The notes: generated by a model not told the origin, from the letters alone. A stretch of DNA of 64,000 nt from Macrostomum hystrix (GCA_950097015.1 CATNEN010000010.1:310001-374000); one strand, 5' to 3'; counted from the stretch's first letter, positions 12,095-24,843 are shown. Numbers and translations are program-made.

Positions 12095-15000
12095 ATGGCT
12101 GACCAAGTAAGTAAAAATCGCATTTATGATGTATAAAAAAATATTTTTTTAAATTTATATTTAATATTCAGCATTTTAAACATAAACTGTTCCTCAGACT
12201 CAGTTCTGAACATAGAACATCATTAGGAAAATAATTGCAGGTCTTTCCTAATTTATTTCTTTGTTTGTTGCTTGCGCTTTTTTATCTGCGATTGCATTAC
12301 TATGCTGTAGTGAATGGACTGCTTTGTTTTTGTATCTTATTCTATAAACCTTGAAATAAAAATGGATATATATTTGCTTTATTTATCAGGATCAGTATAT
12401 GTTCACTCATATGTACACTCAAATCATAAATTAGTGCAAATTTTATCATCAATAAATGCTAGTTGGGGCTATATATAGCTATAATGGATATATTATTAAG
12501 ATGAATGTCTATTGTCTATGTTTCTCATTGTCAGAGGAGTCAGTAAAGCTATTTAAGGATATTAAGGTATTACTACCAACTTTAACCTACTTAATTGACA
12601 TAAAAATAAATTAGGGATACTTATTATTTTTTTAGTATTTACTGAGTGCTCTCGAACTGTTGTCTTGATTTAAATAAACACTTTCTTTAGCATGCTTTAT
12701 GGGTTTTTAATTAGTCTATTTTTGTAACCTATAAATATTATATTTCATAAATATAATAATTAAAAATGCAAAAAAGCCTAGCCATTGTAATTTTTACTGC
12801 TAGTTTTTTAGTGAATAGTTTCAGCAAATATGTGAATAGGGTCCCTTAGTCAAATCAGAGACTAAAATAAAAATTTTTGCCATATTGATAGTCATCTTCA
12901 TTATTAGGAAATTATTTATGTGATAAATAAGTAGCTAGACTTTGTATTTTTGTCATTTGCACAGCAAATTTAGGTAATAATGTTTTATCAAAATTATACA
13001 AAAATGTCTCTAATTGTTGTATAATGACTCTAACATTATTGAAAAACTTGAACACTGTTATATATTTTGCTTATTAGTTATGTAAACAACAGTAAAATTT
13101 GTTTATTTACAATTTTGCTACTAATTATTAGACATGAGATTTTTGTCCTAAAACTTTGCAATCTTATAATTTTCATTTATTTAAATGTATGCATAAAATA
13201 TGCATATGTTGACTAAAATGTTTTTGTCACAGTATAATATAGATTGTACTAACTACCAGTTTTTATTAATAAGAAAGAAATGTGATTTAGAAAAGAAAGA
13301 AAATGACAAATATTAATTTGTGCTTCTATTGCAAGTAACTAAATGTATCTTAGCAATAAGTTGTAGATTAATTTACATTAAAACACTTCTTTTAAACTCC
13401 AATGAACTTCTTTGAGCTGTGATAAAAAGTAAAATATAAATTGTATATTTATTGCATAGCTGTACATTTAATATCCATTTATCTATACTAAAATGTTCAT
13501 TCTGATTCTAAGTCATATATTATATTAGTAAAAATAGCTGCTATATATGTAAAATATATTAAGAGACCTATATTAAGTAAGTCATTCTATATGCAATCCA
13601 CCTATACAAAACAACATTACTCACTTCTTAGATGAGCAAGGCGGACAAGAAGAAGGCCGGTAAGGCCAAGCTTGAGGACCTGAAGCAGGAGCTGGACATG
13701 GACGAGCATTCTGTTGACATCCAAGAGCTGTATAGTCGCCTGGAGACCAACCCCACCTCCGGCCTCACTGTGGCAGATGCGGCTCAGAGGCTGATCAAGT
13801 ATGGCCGCAATGAGCTGACACCGCCCAAGACAACGCCAGAGTGGGTGAAGTTCTGCAAGACACTGTTTGGCGGCTTCTCCCTGCTGCTGTGGATTGGAGC
13901 CATCCTCTGCTTTGTGGCCTACGGCATTCAGGCTAGTTGTGCTTCATTGCTGCAGTGCTAACCATACCTCATACTTGGTCCTTCAAGGATTTGTCACTGC
14001 CCCATAGGCTTGGTCCTGAATTTTGTGCCTTTCATTTTGTACTTTTGCCACACACTTAAAGCCTTCTTATTAACTGCTCATTCACTGTGCAGACCGGAGC
14101 CTACGAGAACCCACCTGGTGACAACCTTTACTTGGGCATTGTGCTCACCTTCGTGGTGGTGGTGACTGGCATCTTCTCCTACTATCAAGAGGCCAAGTCC
14201 GCCAAGATCATGGAGAGCTTCAAGAAGATGGTGCCGCAGCACGCCATGGTCATCCGCGGCAGCCAGAAGCTCAACGTGCCCTCCGAGGAGCTTGTGATCG
14301 GCGACATTGTCGAAGTCCGGATGGGCGACCGAATCCCTGCCGACATTCGCATCATCACGTCGCACGGCTTTAAGGTGGACAACTCCTGTCTGACTGGCGA
14401 GTCCGAGCCGCAGTCGCGCACTCCCGAGTACACCAACCAGAACCCACTCGAGACCAAGAACCTGGCTTTCTTCTCAACCAACGCTGTTGAGGGTGAGTTT
14501 CTGACGCTCATGAGTTCCCTACAAGATCCCAGATTGGCTGCTAGTCCTTCCACTGTTGCTTTCGACATACTTCGGGGCCTTTGGCAGACACGCGAAACAG
14601 ATAAAAGCTGTGATTGCTTCCACTCCCAGAGTCGAGTTAATCATTTGGCGCCAGTCTAGAGTGCGGGACAAGCCTCAAAGGGTTGAAGTGTTTTTAATTT
14701 AGCTGTACCGAGTTGAGGCTTGCCAATATGGTTAGTAGTCTTAGCCAAACTCGAAGGCGCAGCTGTCGTGCATGTATCCGGCGGAGTGGAAGCGGAAAAT
14801 TTCTTGCCTATAGAAAACACTGCATAAATTTTAGTGTTGGGTAAATGTGACACTGCTTACTTTCGGTCTCTTGGCTAGCCGAATTTCAATCAGGTCGCAA
14901 CAAGTCGTCACGCTGTGCTGTGCTGTGCTCTCTTTGTTAAGCCAGGCCGATCGGGGAACAGAACTGGTTTCCTAGAGAGCTACCTGGCCTCCCCCCTCTG

Positions 15001-18000
15001 CTATTGAACTGGCCTAGACCAGTTTTCTGTGTCTTGGGCTTCCAGGCCAGGGGCTGGAGCCTGGACAGCCAAGTCTCTGTTTCCCTTTGCCGCTGTGCAC
15101 GGCTGCCCACCCTGCCTGCATAATTCATTTGGATCAGCCACGTCCATTTCCTGCCTCGACCTCGCTGCTTGTTGATTGTTGCTCTTGCTAAAACTTCCTG
15201 CGCCCCAAGCCTTTCTGCAATTTCCTGCACCGCTAGTCTTCTTCTGCTCTGAATTGCTCGTTCTTGTAGGTAGCTCAAGCGCGACCTGATTTATGATTCG
15301 TTAATTTGATGATGTGACAGAAAAAAAACTGCGTTTCGACTTGCCAAGACTTGGCTAGGTGAGTGAAGGCTGGTTCCAGTTCAGGAAAATTCCAGCTGTT
15401 CAGCTAATATTAGTGCGCCCCAATTGTGCTTGGGTATTGTGAAGTGGAAGCAAAGTACGCATCTTAGGTGAGTGGAGGCTGAGAGTGCGCATGCGTGCCT
15501 GTTCGACCTTGGTCGCTAACGGCATAGCTGAATCTGAAATCTGTCACGCGGCGGCCGCGTGCCCTGCGCCTCTCAGTGTGTGGCTTAGTTGGAAAGTTGG
15601 CTAGCACTGTTAGAGTGGGCACTGGGCTCTCATGCTCAATGGAAATTAGCTGCTTCTGCAGGCATGCATTCGTGGCTTTGGGGCTGCTGCTTGTTTTGCA
15701 TATTCATTCAGCGCATTCAGGTTTATTACGTGCGACCCTGCGTCACACTGGCTTGGCTCTTACAGCTCGGTGTAAAAAGACCCGCCAGGCACCGAGTTCA
15801 GTTCCTAGCGGCCCTGCAATGCCTTTGAGGCCTTTATTAGTCAGGTTTCCAAGCTCTGATTTGAGCGATAAACAAAGCCTTTATCAGTGCACTGGGAGCC
15901 TTGAGCAGTTAGCGATATCTCCCCGTGTAGCGGCGGGTATCGTGTTTCGCTTTATCTCGAACCGCTCCGCCCTGCGTTTTTTTGCTTTTTTGCTCTGCCT
16001 GCTACTACTAGCTGGCTGGTGCCTCCTCTGCACTGTTTAGTCCTGTCCTGATTGCAGCTTTTACAATCTTCAACTCGGCTGTCTGCAGCAGAGCAGCAAC
16101 TGCGGCTCTAGCTTTAGTGGCCCGAGTAAAATTAGGGCTTGCCTGGCCGCAATGTCCCCTCGGAATCGGGATTTGCAAAGGAAAGGGCCCGGGTGTCACC
16201 GAGAATGGGTCGGGCTTAGACTGGGAGGGATTTTGGGCTTTCGGACTGGGAGAAATGAGGGAAGAGTCTCTTCTAAGCCTTCTCTTCTGCCTTCAACCCA
16301 GAGTGTTGTGCGCGGCGCGGCAACTGCGTGTTGGCAGTTGGCACCGCGCGGGCAGGGAGGGCAAAGTAGGAGGAAGAGGAGGTCCGACAGCCAAGGAGGC
16401 TCCCAGGGTGGGAAGGGAGACGCGGCCTGGCGGTTGCTTTGAGTGGCCCAGCGCGATTCGCAGTTTATTTTTAGCCACCCTTCCTTCTTCTCTGTCCCTT
16501 TGTGCTGCCCAGGCCCAAGGTCGCGCCCGCTTTAAGGGCAGTGGGGAGAGGGAAAGAAAGGAAGGGGGATGGGGACAGGAGGACGGTATCGATTCTAGGG
16601 AGGGCTGAGGCTCGCGGCTGTGTTGTGTCTGCCTGGGAGGGTGTGGGGCGTGTGGCCTGGGAAGTTGGGGAACCGAGCGGGGCTGGGGAGAATTTAGGGT
16701 GAAGGGTTTAGGAATCCTCCCACCGCCTGCATGAGGAGAGGCGTGTTAGGGGAGCTGTGGCAGTGTTTGGGCAGAGGAGAGCGGGCAGTCACTGAGGGTG
16801 GGTTTGACGGCCCCGCCCGAGAAAAATGGATGTACTTGGGCGGGCTGCTGCAAGAGATTACTCCAGTCTCCATCGACTCCGGCTGCTCTACCTCTCCTCT
16901 CTTCTCTTCTGATGCCAGTCGAAAATGTAAATTGATCAATGGCTGGGTGGGGTACACTTGGTATATGCACATTTGTGCTCCACAATTCAATCGATTCCGC
17001 CCTGCCCTGCCGCCAGGCCTCCGTGCTCCGGCTTGAGAAGGGAGGGAATATAGAGTTTGAGTCTGGTCTTCATCAGATGCGGGAGCTGGGGGTTGAGGCT
17101 GTAAGCCCCAACTGCATCGTCTCACAGTTCAGGCGCTTAATGTCTCACTAGTGCTGCATGAGGCCCGGGCAGAGCCAACAAGCTGCATCCTTTAGCCATT
17201 GTGCAGCCTCTCAGCCTCGTCTGCTCCTTTTCTTCTGACAACAATGCTTTCAGGCGGTGTGGCAAGGCTGGAAGTAATCACGCAGAGTGGGCCCCCGACA
17301 CTTGGAGGGCGGATGCTGCTCACCTATCGTGCTCATTCTTATTTGTGAGCTCATACAACTGAAGGCATGCAATCGGCCTAAGTGACTAGTGAGCTGCTCA
17401 AGCCAGTTGGAAATGTCAGCGCTGTAGCCTGGCTCTCAAATCTGACCTGATAGGAAAATGGGATTGCCACTCGAATAATACCAATGTGTCCATTTCTCAG
17501 CATAAGCCATAATAAGCATAAGCAAGATATATCACGGTGTTGCGGTCTATCTTGCTTTAGGCTTTCCCAGCCGTTACCCCCGTCTCTGATCAAACTTTAT
17601 CCTCATCACCAGTGGTCATTGTCCGATTATCAATCGTTCATTTCCCCATTTTCAATCGGTCATTGACCCATTATCAATCAGTCATTACCCCGTTATCAAT
17701 CGGTCATTACCCCGTTATCAATCGGTCATTACCCCGTTATCAATCGGTCATTACCCCGTTATCAATCGGTCATTGCCCCGTGATCAATCGATCATTACCC
17801 CATGATCTGTCGGTAGTTCCTAGATCATTTTTTATACCCCAGGCGCCTGCACGGGCATTGTGATCTGCACCGGCGACCACACCGTCATGGGCCGCATCGC
17901 CAACCTGGCCTCTGGCCTGGAGATGGGAGAGACTCCCATTGCCAGGGAGATCCAGCACTTCATCCACATCATCACCGGTGTTGCCGTGTTCCTCGGCGTC

Positions 18001-21000
18001 TCATTCTTCGTCATCGCCTTCATCCTGCAGTACAACTGGCTGGAGGCCGTCATCTTCCTCATCGGCATCATCGTGGCCAACGTGCCCGAAGGCCTCCTGG
18101 CCACTGTCACCGTCTGCCTGACCCTCACCGCCAAGCGAATGGCCTCCAAGAACTGCCTGGTGAAGAACCTGGAAGCTGTGGAGACCCTGGGCTCCACCAG
18201 CACCATCTGCTCGGACAAGACCGGTGAGTTGTGTTGTTCGCGCCAATTTGGGCCCGCCAGTCAGGCCAGCCCCAAGCTCGCTATCGATTGCAGGCGATAA
18301 TGGGCGCTCCGCTGGCCAGAAGGGAAGCTTTTTTCGTCCGTGGGATTAACGCCAGATGCGCTATATATATAACCTCATTTATAGTTTCATTAGTTGGTTG
18401 ATTGCTTTCAATTCTACTGCTGGGCACAGCCCCCTGCCTACTGCGAGTAGTGTAAATCATTAGCAAAATATAGCTAAGAGAAAACCAACAGCTGGGTACG
18501 AACGAGCTGAGCTGTGATGGGAAGGACGGGAAATGTTCTGTTTTTAGCGCAGCTGACAGGCCTGCCTCTGGTAATTGTGACTGACAGCGAGTGGGATTCT
18601 TCCTCTTGGCCCTGGCAAGAATTCGAACCCCCTCGCTCCTTCGCCAGGCACCCTGACGCAGAACCGCATGACCGTGGCCCACATGTGGTGCAACAACCGC
18701 ATCCTGGAGGCCGACACCTCCGAGGAGCAGAACACGGCCGAGTACAACAAGTCCTCGCCCGAGTGGATGGCCCTCGGCCGCTGTGCCATGCTGTGCAACC
18801 GCGCCGAGTTCAAGACCGGCGAGGAGAGCAAGCCTGTGCTCAAGCGCGAGTGCAACGGCGACGCCTCGGAGAGCGCCCTGCTCAAGTGCGTTGAGCTCAG
18901 CATCGGCGGCGTCAACGAGTACCGTAAGAAGAACGCCAAGGTGTGCGAGGTGCCCTTCAACAGCACCAACAAGTACCAGCTGTCCATCCACCGCACTGAC
19001 GATGGTGATAAGCGCTACCTGCTGGTGATGAAGGGCGCACCGGAGCGCATCCTGGACCGCTGCTCCCACATCCTCATTAACGGCAAGGACGTCATCATGG
19101 ACGAGGAATGGAAGACCGCCTTCAACACCGCCTACGAGGAGCTGGGCGGCATGGGCGAGCGGGTGCTCGGCTTCTGCGACTTCCGTATGCCCGTTGAGGA
19201 GTACCCGGACGGCTACGCCTTCGACCCGGAGGAGCAGAACTTCTCGCTGATGAACCTGCGCTTTGTCGGCCTCATGTCCATGATCGACCCGCCCCGCGCT
19301 GCCGTGCCCGACGCCGTGGAGAAGTGCCGCTCCGCTGGCATCAAGGTAGGCCAGACACGCTTGACCTGTTTGCTGAACCCATATGTCCCGCTTTCTGACT
19401 AACTTATTTCTGATCCACAGTCCTGACCTATCCGTAGATTGTTATCCACAGTCCTGACCTATCCGTTGATTGCAGGTCATTATGGTGACTGGCGACCACC
19501 CGATCACAGCCAAGGCCATCGCCAAGGGAGTCGGCATTATTAGCCCCACCAGCAAGACCGTCGAGGACATCGCCAAGGACCGCAACGTGGACCCGTCTAT
19601 GGTGAACCCGCGCGACGCCATCGCCTGCGTGGTGCACGGCAGCGACCTGCGCGACATGACACCCGCCCAGATCGACGACATCCTGCGCCACCACCCGGAG
19701 ATCGTGTTCGCCCGCACCAGCCCACAGCAGAAGCTCATCATTGTGGAGGGCTGCCAGCGCCAGGGCGCCATCGTGGCCGTCACCGGCGACGGCGTCAACG
19801 ACTCGCCTGCGCTGAAGAAGGCCGACATCGGCGTCGCTATGGGCATCGCTGGCAGCGACGTCAGCAAGCAGGCCGCTGACATGATCCTTCTTGACGACAA
19901 CTTCGCGTCCATTGTTACCGGCGTCGAGGAGGGCCGCATTATCTTCGACAACCTGAAGAAATCCATCGCCTATACCCTGACCTCCAACATCCCGGAGATC
20001 TCGCCCTTCCTCCTGTTCATCCTGGCCGACGTGCCGCTGCCCCTCGGTACCATTACCATCCTGTGCATCGACCTCGGCACCGACATGGTCCCCGCCATCT
20101 CCCTGGCCTACGAGGAGGCCGAGAGCGACATCATGAAGCGGAAGCCGCGCGACCCGCAGCGCGACAACCTGGTGAACGAGCGCCTCATCAGCATGGCGTA
20201 CGGCCAAATCGGCATGATCCAGGCCAGCGGCGGCTTCTTCGTCTACTTTGTCATCCTGGCCGAGAACGGCTTCCTGCCGCGTCGGCTGCTCGGCCTGCGC
20301 AAGGAGTGGGACAGCGAGGGCGTCAATGACCTGGAGGACAGCTATGGACAGGAATGGGTGAGTGCGAGCCCGGCTTCCTAGATCCTAAAATTCCTGCCGA
20401 AAACCAGACCCCTAGGCTGAGCAGTCAGTTTCCCAGATGCCCATGGTGAGCAGTCAGTTTCCTAGATCCCCATGCTGAGCAGTCAGTTTCCCAGATCCCC
20501 ATGCTGAGCAGTCAGTTTCCTAGATCCACATGCTGAGCAGTCAGTTTCCTAGATCCACATGCTGAGCAGTCAGTTTCCCAGATCTCCATGCTGAGCAGTC
20601 AGTTTCCCAGATCTCCATGCTGAGCAGTCAGTTTCCCAGATCTCCATGCTGAGCAGTCAGTTTCCCAGATCTCCATGCTGAGCAGTCAGTTTCCCAGATC
20701 TCGATGATGAGCAGTTAACAGCTAATGCAAACATCTCAGTCGCGCTGCCGCCCACCCCGCAGACCTACGCCCAGCGCAAGCGCCTGGAGTACACCTGCCA
20801 CACGGCCTTCTTCGCCAGCATCGTGATCGTGCAGTGGACAGACCTGCTGATCTGCAAGACCCGCAAGAACTCCATCTTCCAGCAGGGCATGTGGAATCAC
20901 CATATGACCTTCGGCCTGTTCTTTGAGACCACCCTGGCCGCCTTCATGTCCTACTGTCCCGGCCTGGACAAGGCCCTGCGCATGCAGCCCTTGCGCTTCA

Positions 21001-21119
21001 CCTGGTGGCTGCCGGCCCTGCCATTCTCCATTGTCATCTTCCTGTACGATGAGATTCGCAAGTACCTGCTGCGCCGCCTGCCACCCGGCAACTGGCTGGA
21101 GCGGGAGACCTATTACTGA
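12095..21119 (+). CDS. ATP1A: Na+/K+-transporting ATPase alpha subunit (P2C). Exons 12095-12106, 13632-13931, 14093-14492, 17843-18223, 18648-19345, 19476-20357, 20763-21119; 3030 nt, 1009 aa
   Basis: All phases match. Motifs: DNLYLG, TGES, VANVPEG, CSDKTGTLTQN phosphorylation site, [39 protein letters not shown] (Ser, not the Lys of H+/K+-ATPases) and C-terminal ETYY. Exon 1 (MADQ) is inferred from the TATA box, Kozak context and CAA|GTAAGT donor. Confidence 0.97.
17604..17805. repeat. 22-bp minisatellite (tatcaatcggtcattaccccgt) near the 3' end of ATPase intron 3
   Basis: Direct reading; degenerate at both ends. Confidence 0.92.
20416..20715. repeat. 29-bp minisatellite (gctgagcagtcagtttcccagatctccat) in ATPase intron 6
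   Basis: Direct reading, about 10 copies. The unit resembles the adjacent donor region GTGAGTGCGAGCCCGGCTTCCTAGATCC. Confidence 0.95.
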
Positions 21120-21927
21120 GCAGCTGACCGCGGTGGCCTGGGAAATCGTGTGTAGAATTTGTGCAACAACTCCAATTAGGAATGCGAGTCACGCACTGCA
21201 ATTACTATCGCTGCACTTTAGCCGTTTATCTTTTAACCCTATGTACTTGTCGGGCGGGCGAACCCTACTCTGAGGACTGTGTTTTATTGTTCCTTAGCTG
21301 TCGCATTCACGAACTTTGTAATTTGTTTTTTTATCCCCCCTCCTGGCAGTGCCCGCCCGTTGCATCAGTTCTGTTGTGTTCCGCTGTTTTCTCTGTCTGT
21401 GTTGTCAGCCTTGCTTGATGTTAGTGTCTGCCCCATCATCATGATGCCATTCGCTGCCGTGTTTACACATTTCAATTCAACATCCGTTTGAGCTTTAGAT
21501 CCCGCCGCATCCTCCTGTGCGGTCATTGCAGATTTTTAGATCCAATATTCGCCTTTCCCGGCCCTCGACTAGCAAGTGTTGCCTCATGCCTAGGACTCAG
21601 AAATCGCTTAGACTTTTTTCTAATTCGGCAACGGCATTGCCGCATCCTCTATTTTTATTAATCTTATCAGTAGTTGATCAGCTCACACTCTGGTCTGCCC
21701 AGATCTCCTGTGCAATTTGGTCCACCCAGGCGTATCTATTCGCAATATATACATATATTTATTATTTTTAGTCCATCTTCTGTTTTGTTTTAGATTCTCT
21801 TGTGTTTCTTTCGCCTTGTTTTTTGTCTACTTAGTGGAATCCCATCTGCCATCTGGGAGCTGTGCGCGCTAACTCAAACATTCTCCCGGCCCGCCTGAGA
21901 CCGCTGGCCAGGACAGTCGGGCAGTCA

Positions 21928-21943
21928 ACTACTCGCGAGTAGT
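21928..21943. other. Perfect 16-bp palindrome ACTACTCGCGAGTAGT
   Basis: Equal to its own reverse complement; lies in a small GC-rich patch downstream of the ATPase 3' UTR. Confidence 0.9.
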
Positions 21944-23137
21944 CTGGTGGCGCGCGGCTCCGAGTGCTTGCGTGCTCTGCCCGAGCACACGGCCTCATCA
22001 ATGAAAACTGCTCACTGGTAGCGCAAAGCTAAACATTTCAGACAGACTATTAGCCGCAATAACTTAGCTAGCTCTTTAACACCCAACCTACATAATTATG
22101 CAACCTCTGTAATCAGCAAACAGCAATGGAATTTTATATATTTACTTTTTTCTTTGCACGTGTTTCTTGAAGATGAGCCTTTTCTTCTTTGCAAAAACCA
22201 AAAAATGAAAGAATTGAATAAGCAAATAAAGCATAGGCGACTGTGGCGAGTCTTATTAGAATTAAGCAAAACAACCTACCTGCAGGGCCATCATAATATC
22301 TTTTATTGGCCGATTGATACTGCCAGAAACTCCGCTTGCTTCTTTTGTATCACCTTGGCTGCTTTTTTTATTGCTCCTCTGCCGGGCGGTAGTCGCGAGT
22401 TCTCGACCCAGATTAGATTAGCCCGAGCTCAGCTACTCCGAATATCGGTGAAGTGGCTCTGAGCTGTGTGGAAGCATTCTGTGACGTCTAAGCTTAGTTA
22501 CCTTCAGCTACCTGCTCATGTACATGCATTTGCTGTGCCGTCACGGTTCGTATGAAATTCTCCGCTCTATCCGATAAAACAGTATCCATAATCACAAAGT
22601 AATTCAGCTGTGTCAAGGGTGCCTGGTGGCTAAAGCCAACAATAAGGCATAATTATTCTGCTTCCAAAAACTGCATGATGCAATTGTTGATTATTTTGTA
22701 TTGCTCATATTGTTTATTTTTTATGGGCAGAGATTTTCCATTTTATCCGATGAAACAACTCCCAGAATCGCTAATCATAAGCATTTTTAATTATTCAACG
22801 ATACTCAACAATTCTCGTCGGGGTGTCTGGTGGCGAAAACGCCAACATCGGCATCGTTTTTCAGCTGACAAATTTCCTTTGTCGGCTGTTATTGTTGATT
22901 ACTCGTATTTTGTACTCATTAATCTTGCCAATCTTTTTAATTTTTTAAACTAAATACGGATTCGCTATAGAGGCTTACGCAGAGCAATGTTAGTTGCTTG
23001 CCACCAGGGACTCCGACAACAATCGCTGAATATCTCGACGCTGCTGACTCGGACAGCTTTGAAAGTTGGCTCATCGTAAAGGGCGGAAAATTGACCCATA
23101 TATGACTCTTTCAGCAAAATCGGTCATTCGATTTAGA

Positions 23138-23787
23138 AGCTAGTGGTTAGCTAGTGAGTAGCTAGTGGGTAGCTAGTGAGTAGCTAGTGGTTAGCTAGTG
23201 AGTAGCTAGTGGTTAGCTAGTGAGTAGCTAGTGGTTAGCTAGTGAGTAGCTAGTGGTTAGCTAGTGAGTAGCTAGTGGTTAGCTAGTGAGTAGCTAGTGG
23301 TTAGCTAGTGAGTAGCTAGTGGTTAGCTAGTGAGTAGCTAGTGGTTAGCTAGTGAGTAGCTAGTGGTTAGCTAGTGAGTAGCTAGTGGTTAGCTAGTGAG
23401 TAGCTAGTGGTTAGCTAGTGAGTAGCTAGTGGGTAGCTAGTGAGTAGCTAGTGGGTAGCTAGTGGGTAGCTAGTGGTTAGCTAGTGAGTAGCTAGTGGTT
23501 AGCTAGTGAGTAGCTAGTGGGTAGCTAGTGGGTAGCTAGTGGTTAGCTAGTGAGTAGCTAGTGGTTAGCTAGTGAGTAGCTAGTGGGTAGCTAGTGAGTA
23601 GCTAGTGGGTAGCTAGTGGGTAGCTAGTGAGTAGCTAGTGGGTAGCTAGTGGTTAGCTAGTGAGTAGCTAGTGGTTAGCTAGTGAGTAGCTAGTGGTTAG
23701 CTAGTGAGTAGCTAGTGGTTAGCTAGTGAGTAGCTAGTGGTTAGCTAGTGAGTAGCTAGTGGGTAGCTAGTGGGTAGCTAGTGGGTA
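23138..23787. repeat. 11-bp satellite with dimeric 22-bp organisation (gctagtggtta gctagtgagta)
   Basis: Direct reading: two 11-mers alternate, with gggta variants. Confidence 0.97.
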
Positions 23788-24087
23788 TAGTAGGCAGTGG
23801 GTATTTGAAATATCCCCAGGGGATAAAATAGGCACTCTTTACTATAGCTTTCTGCAGCCCATTTGGTGTTACATGCATTTAATTAATCCAAGATCTGCCT
23901 GCCAGGGTATTTCAGCTTTAGTCTATGGTCACAAGGATGCCATAGCGGCATTTAGTTTGGTCCAACAAGCATCAATTTGGTGCATAGTGATTTCTTAGTT
24001 GCCTTTCTATATACTAATTCAGACATGACTAACACTGACACGAGGATGGAAGCAATTCCTCATTTGCAACTGCTGCGGAAGAGCCAG

Positions 24088-24640
24088 ACCAGCAACAGAA
24101 TTGTGGACCCATATGCTAGACTTTCGAACGAGCGCCATGGGCTAGTGATCAAAGCGCTCGGCAGAAGTAAACACCCAAAAGAAACTGCAAGGTTGTTGAA
24201 TGTTAAATAAAATACAGCATCGCTCTGTGCGTTGAAACCACGGGCAGAAGAGATCGTCTGCGAAGGGGTGGCAATCGCCAAAACAAGTTGCTTGAGTCTC
24301 AGGTCCAACTCTACTCAATGAAATCGAAAGAAACCCTCTGTTGACGTTGCAGCAACTGCAGCAGAAGCTGGTCGAACAGTTCTAGTTGGTTGTCAGCATC
24401 TCGGCTCTGATATTCCAACGGTACGCAACAGCTAGCAGACGGTTGCGACAAGGCAGGAGTTTGCTGAATGGCTGACGGCTCTTGACCCCGGAGTTCATCT
24501 AATTTATGTAGGCGAAGCTGGATTCAACATTTGGACTCAAAGAATACAGGGTCGTGGTTGTCACGGCCAGCACGTACCACGCACTGTCTATTCTCAGCGA
24601 GGTCATTAAGTGAATGTACTGCAAGCAATTTCACTTATCT
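24088..24640 (+). mobile_element. Decayed Tc1/mariner-IS630 superfamily transposase relic
   Basis: Translation across stops and frameshifts gives HTH-like LSNERHGLVIKALGRSKHPKETARLLNVK*NTA and LLNEIERNPLLTLQQLQQKL. It then gives EFAEWL..LIYVGEAGFNIWTQRIQGR..GQ..QRGH*VNVLQAIS, matching the first DDE block (IYxDExGFN..R..G..G..N....AIS) with Asp changed to Gly at 24511 and TAA at 24607. No TIRs were recognised. Confidence 0.75.
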
Positions 24641-24843
24641 TTAACTCTTTCTCGGGCTTCACAGCTGATACGGACCTAATTGATGCTGGTTGGACCAAAT
24701 TAAATGCCGCTAAGCTGAAATACACTACCAGGCAGATCTTGGATTAAATTAAATGCTTGTAAGACCAAATGGGCTCCAAAAAGCTATATTAAGAGTAAAT
24801 CCAAACTTTTTTCTATGGCCTAAAATCATTCAGGCAATGCTAA

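Noticed and set aside
14660-17600. Nested gene or transposon in ATPase intron 3 (GC- and purine-rich block 16200-16900)
   Set aside because: The ORFs are compositionally biased with no motifs, and no terminal repeats or target-site duplications were found.
19980-20000. H+/K+-ATPase or another P2 ATPase instead of Na+/K+-ATPase
   Set aside because: TM5 reads TLTSNIPE (Ser, not Lys) and the C-terminus ends ETYY, as in Na+/K+-ATPases.
14078-20207. Antisense ORFs over ATPase exons (also over the TRPC, copine, NHL and AKR exons)
   Set aside because: Expected shadows of GC-rich codon usage; no recognisable motifs.
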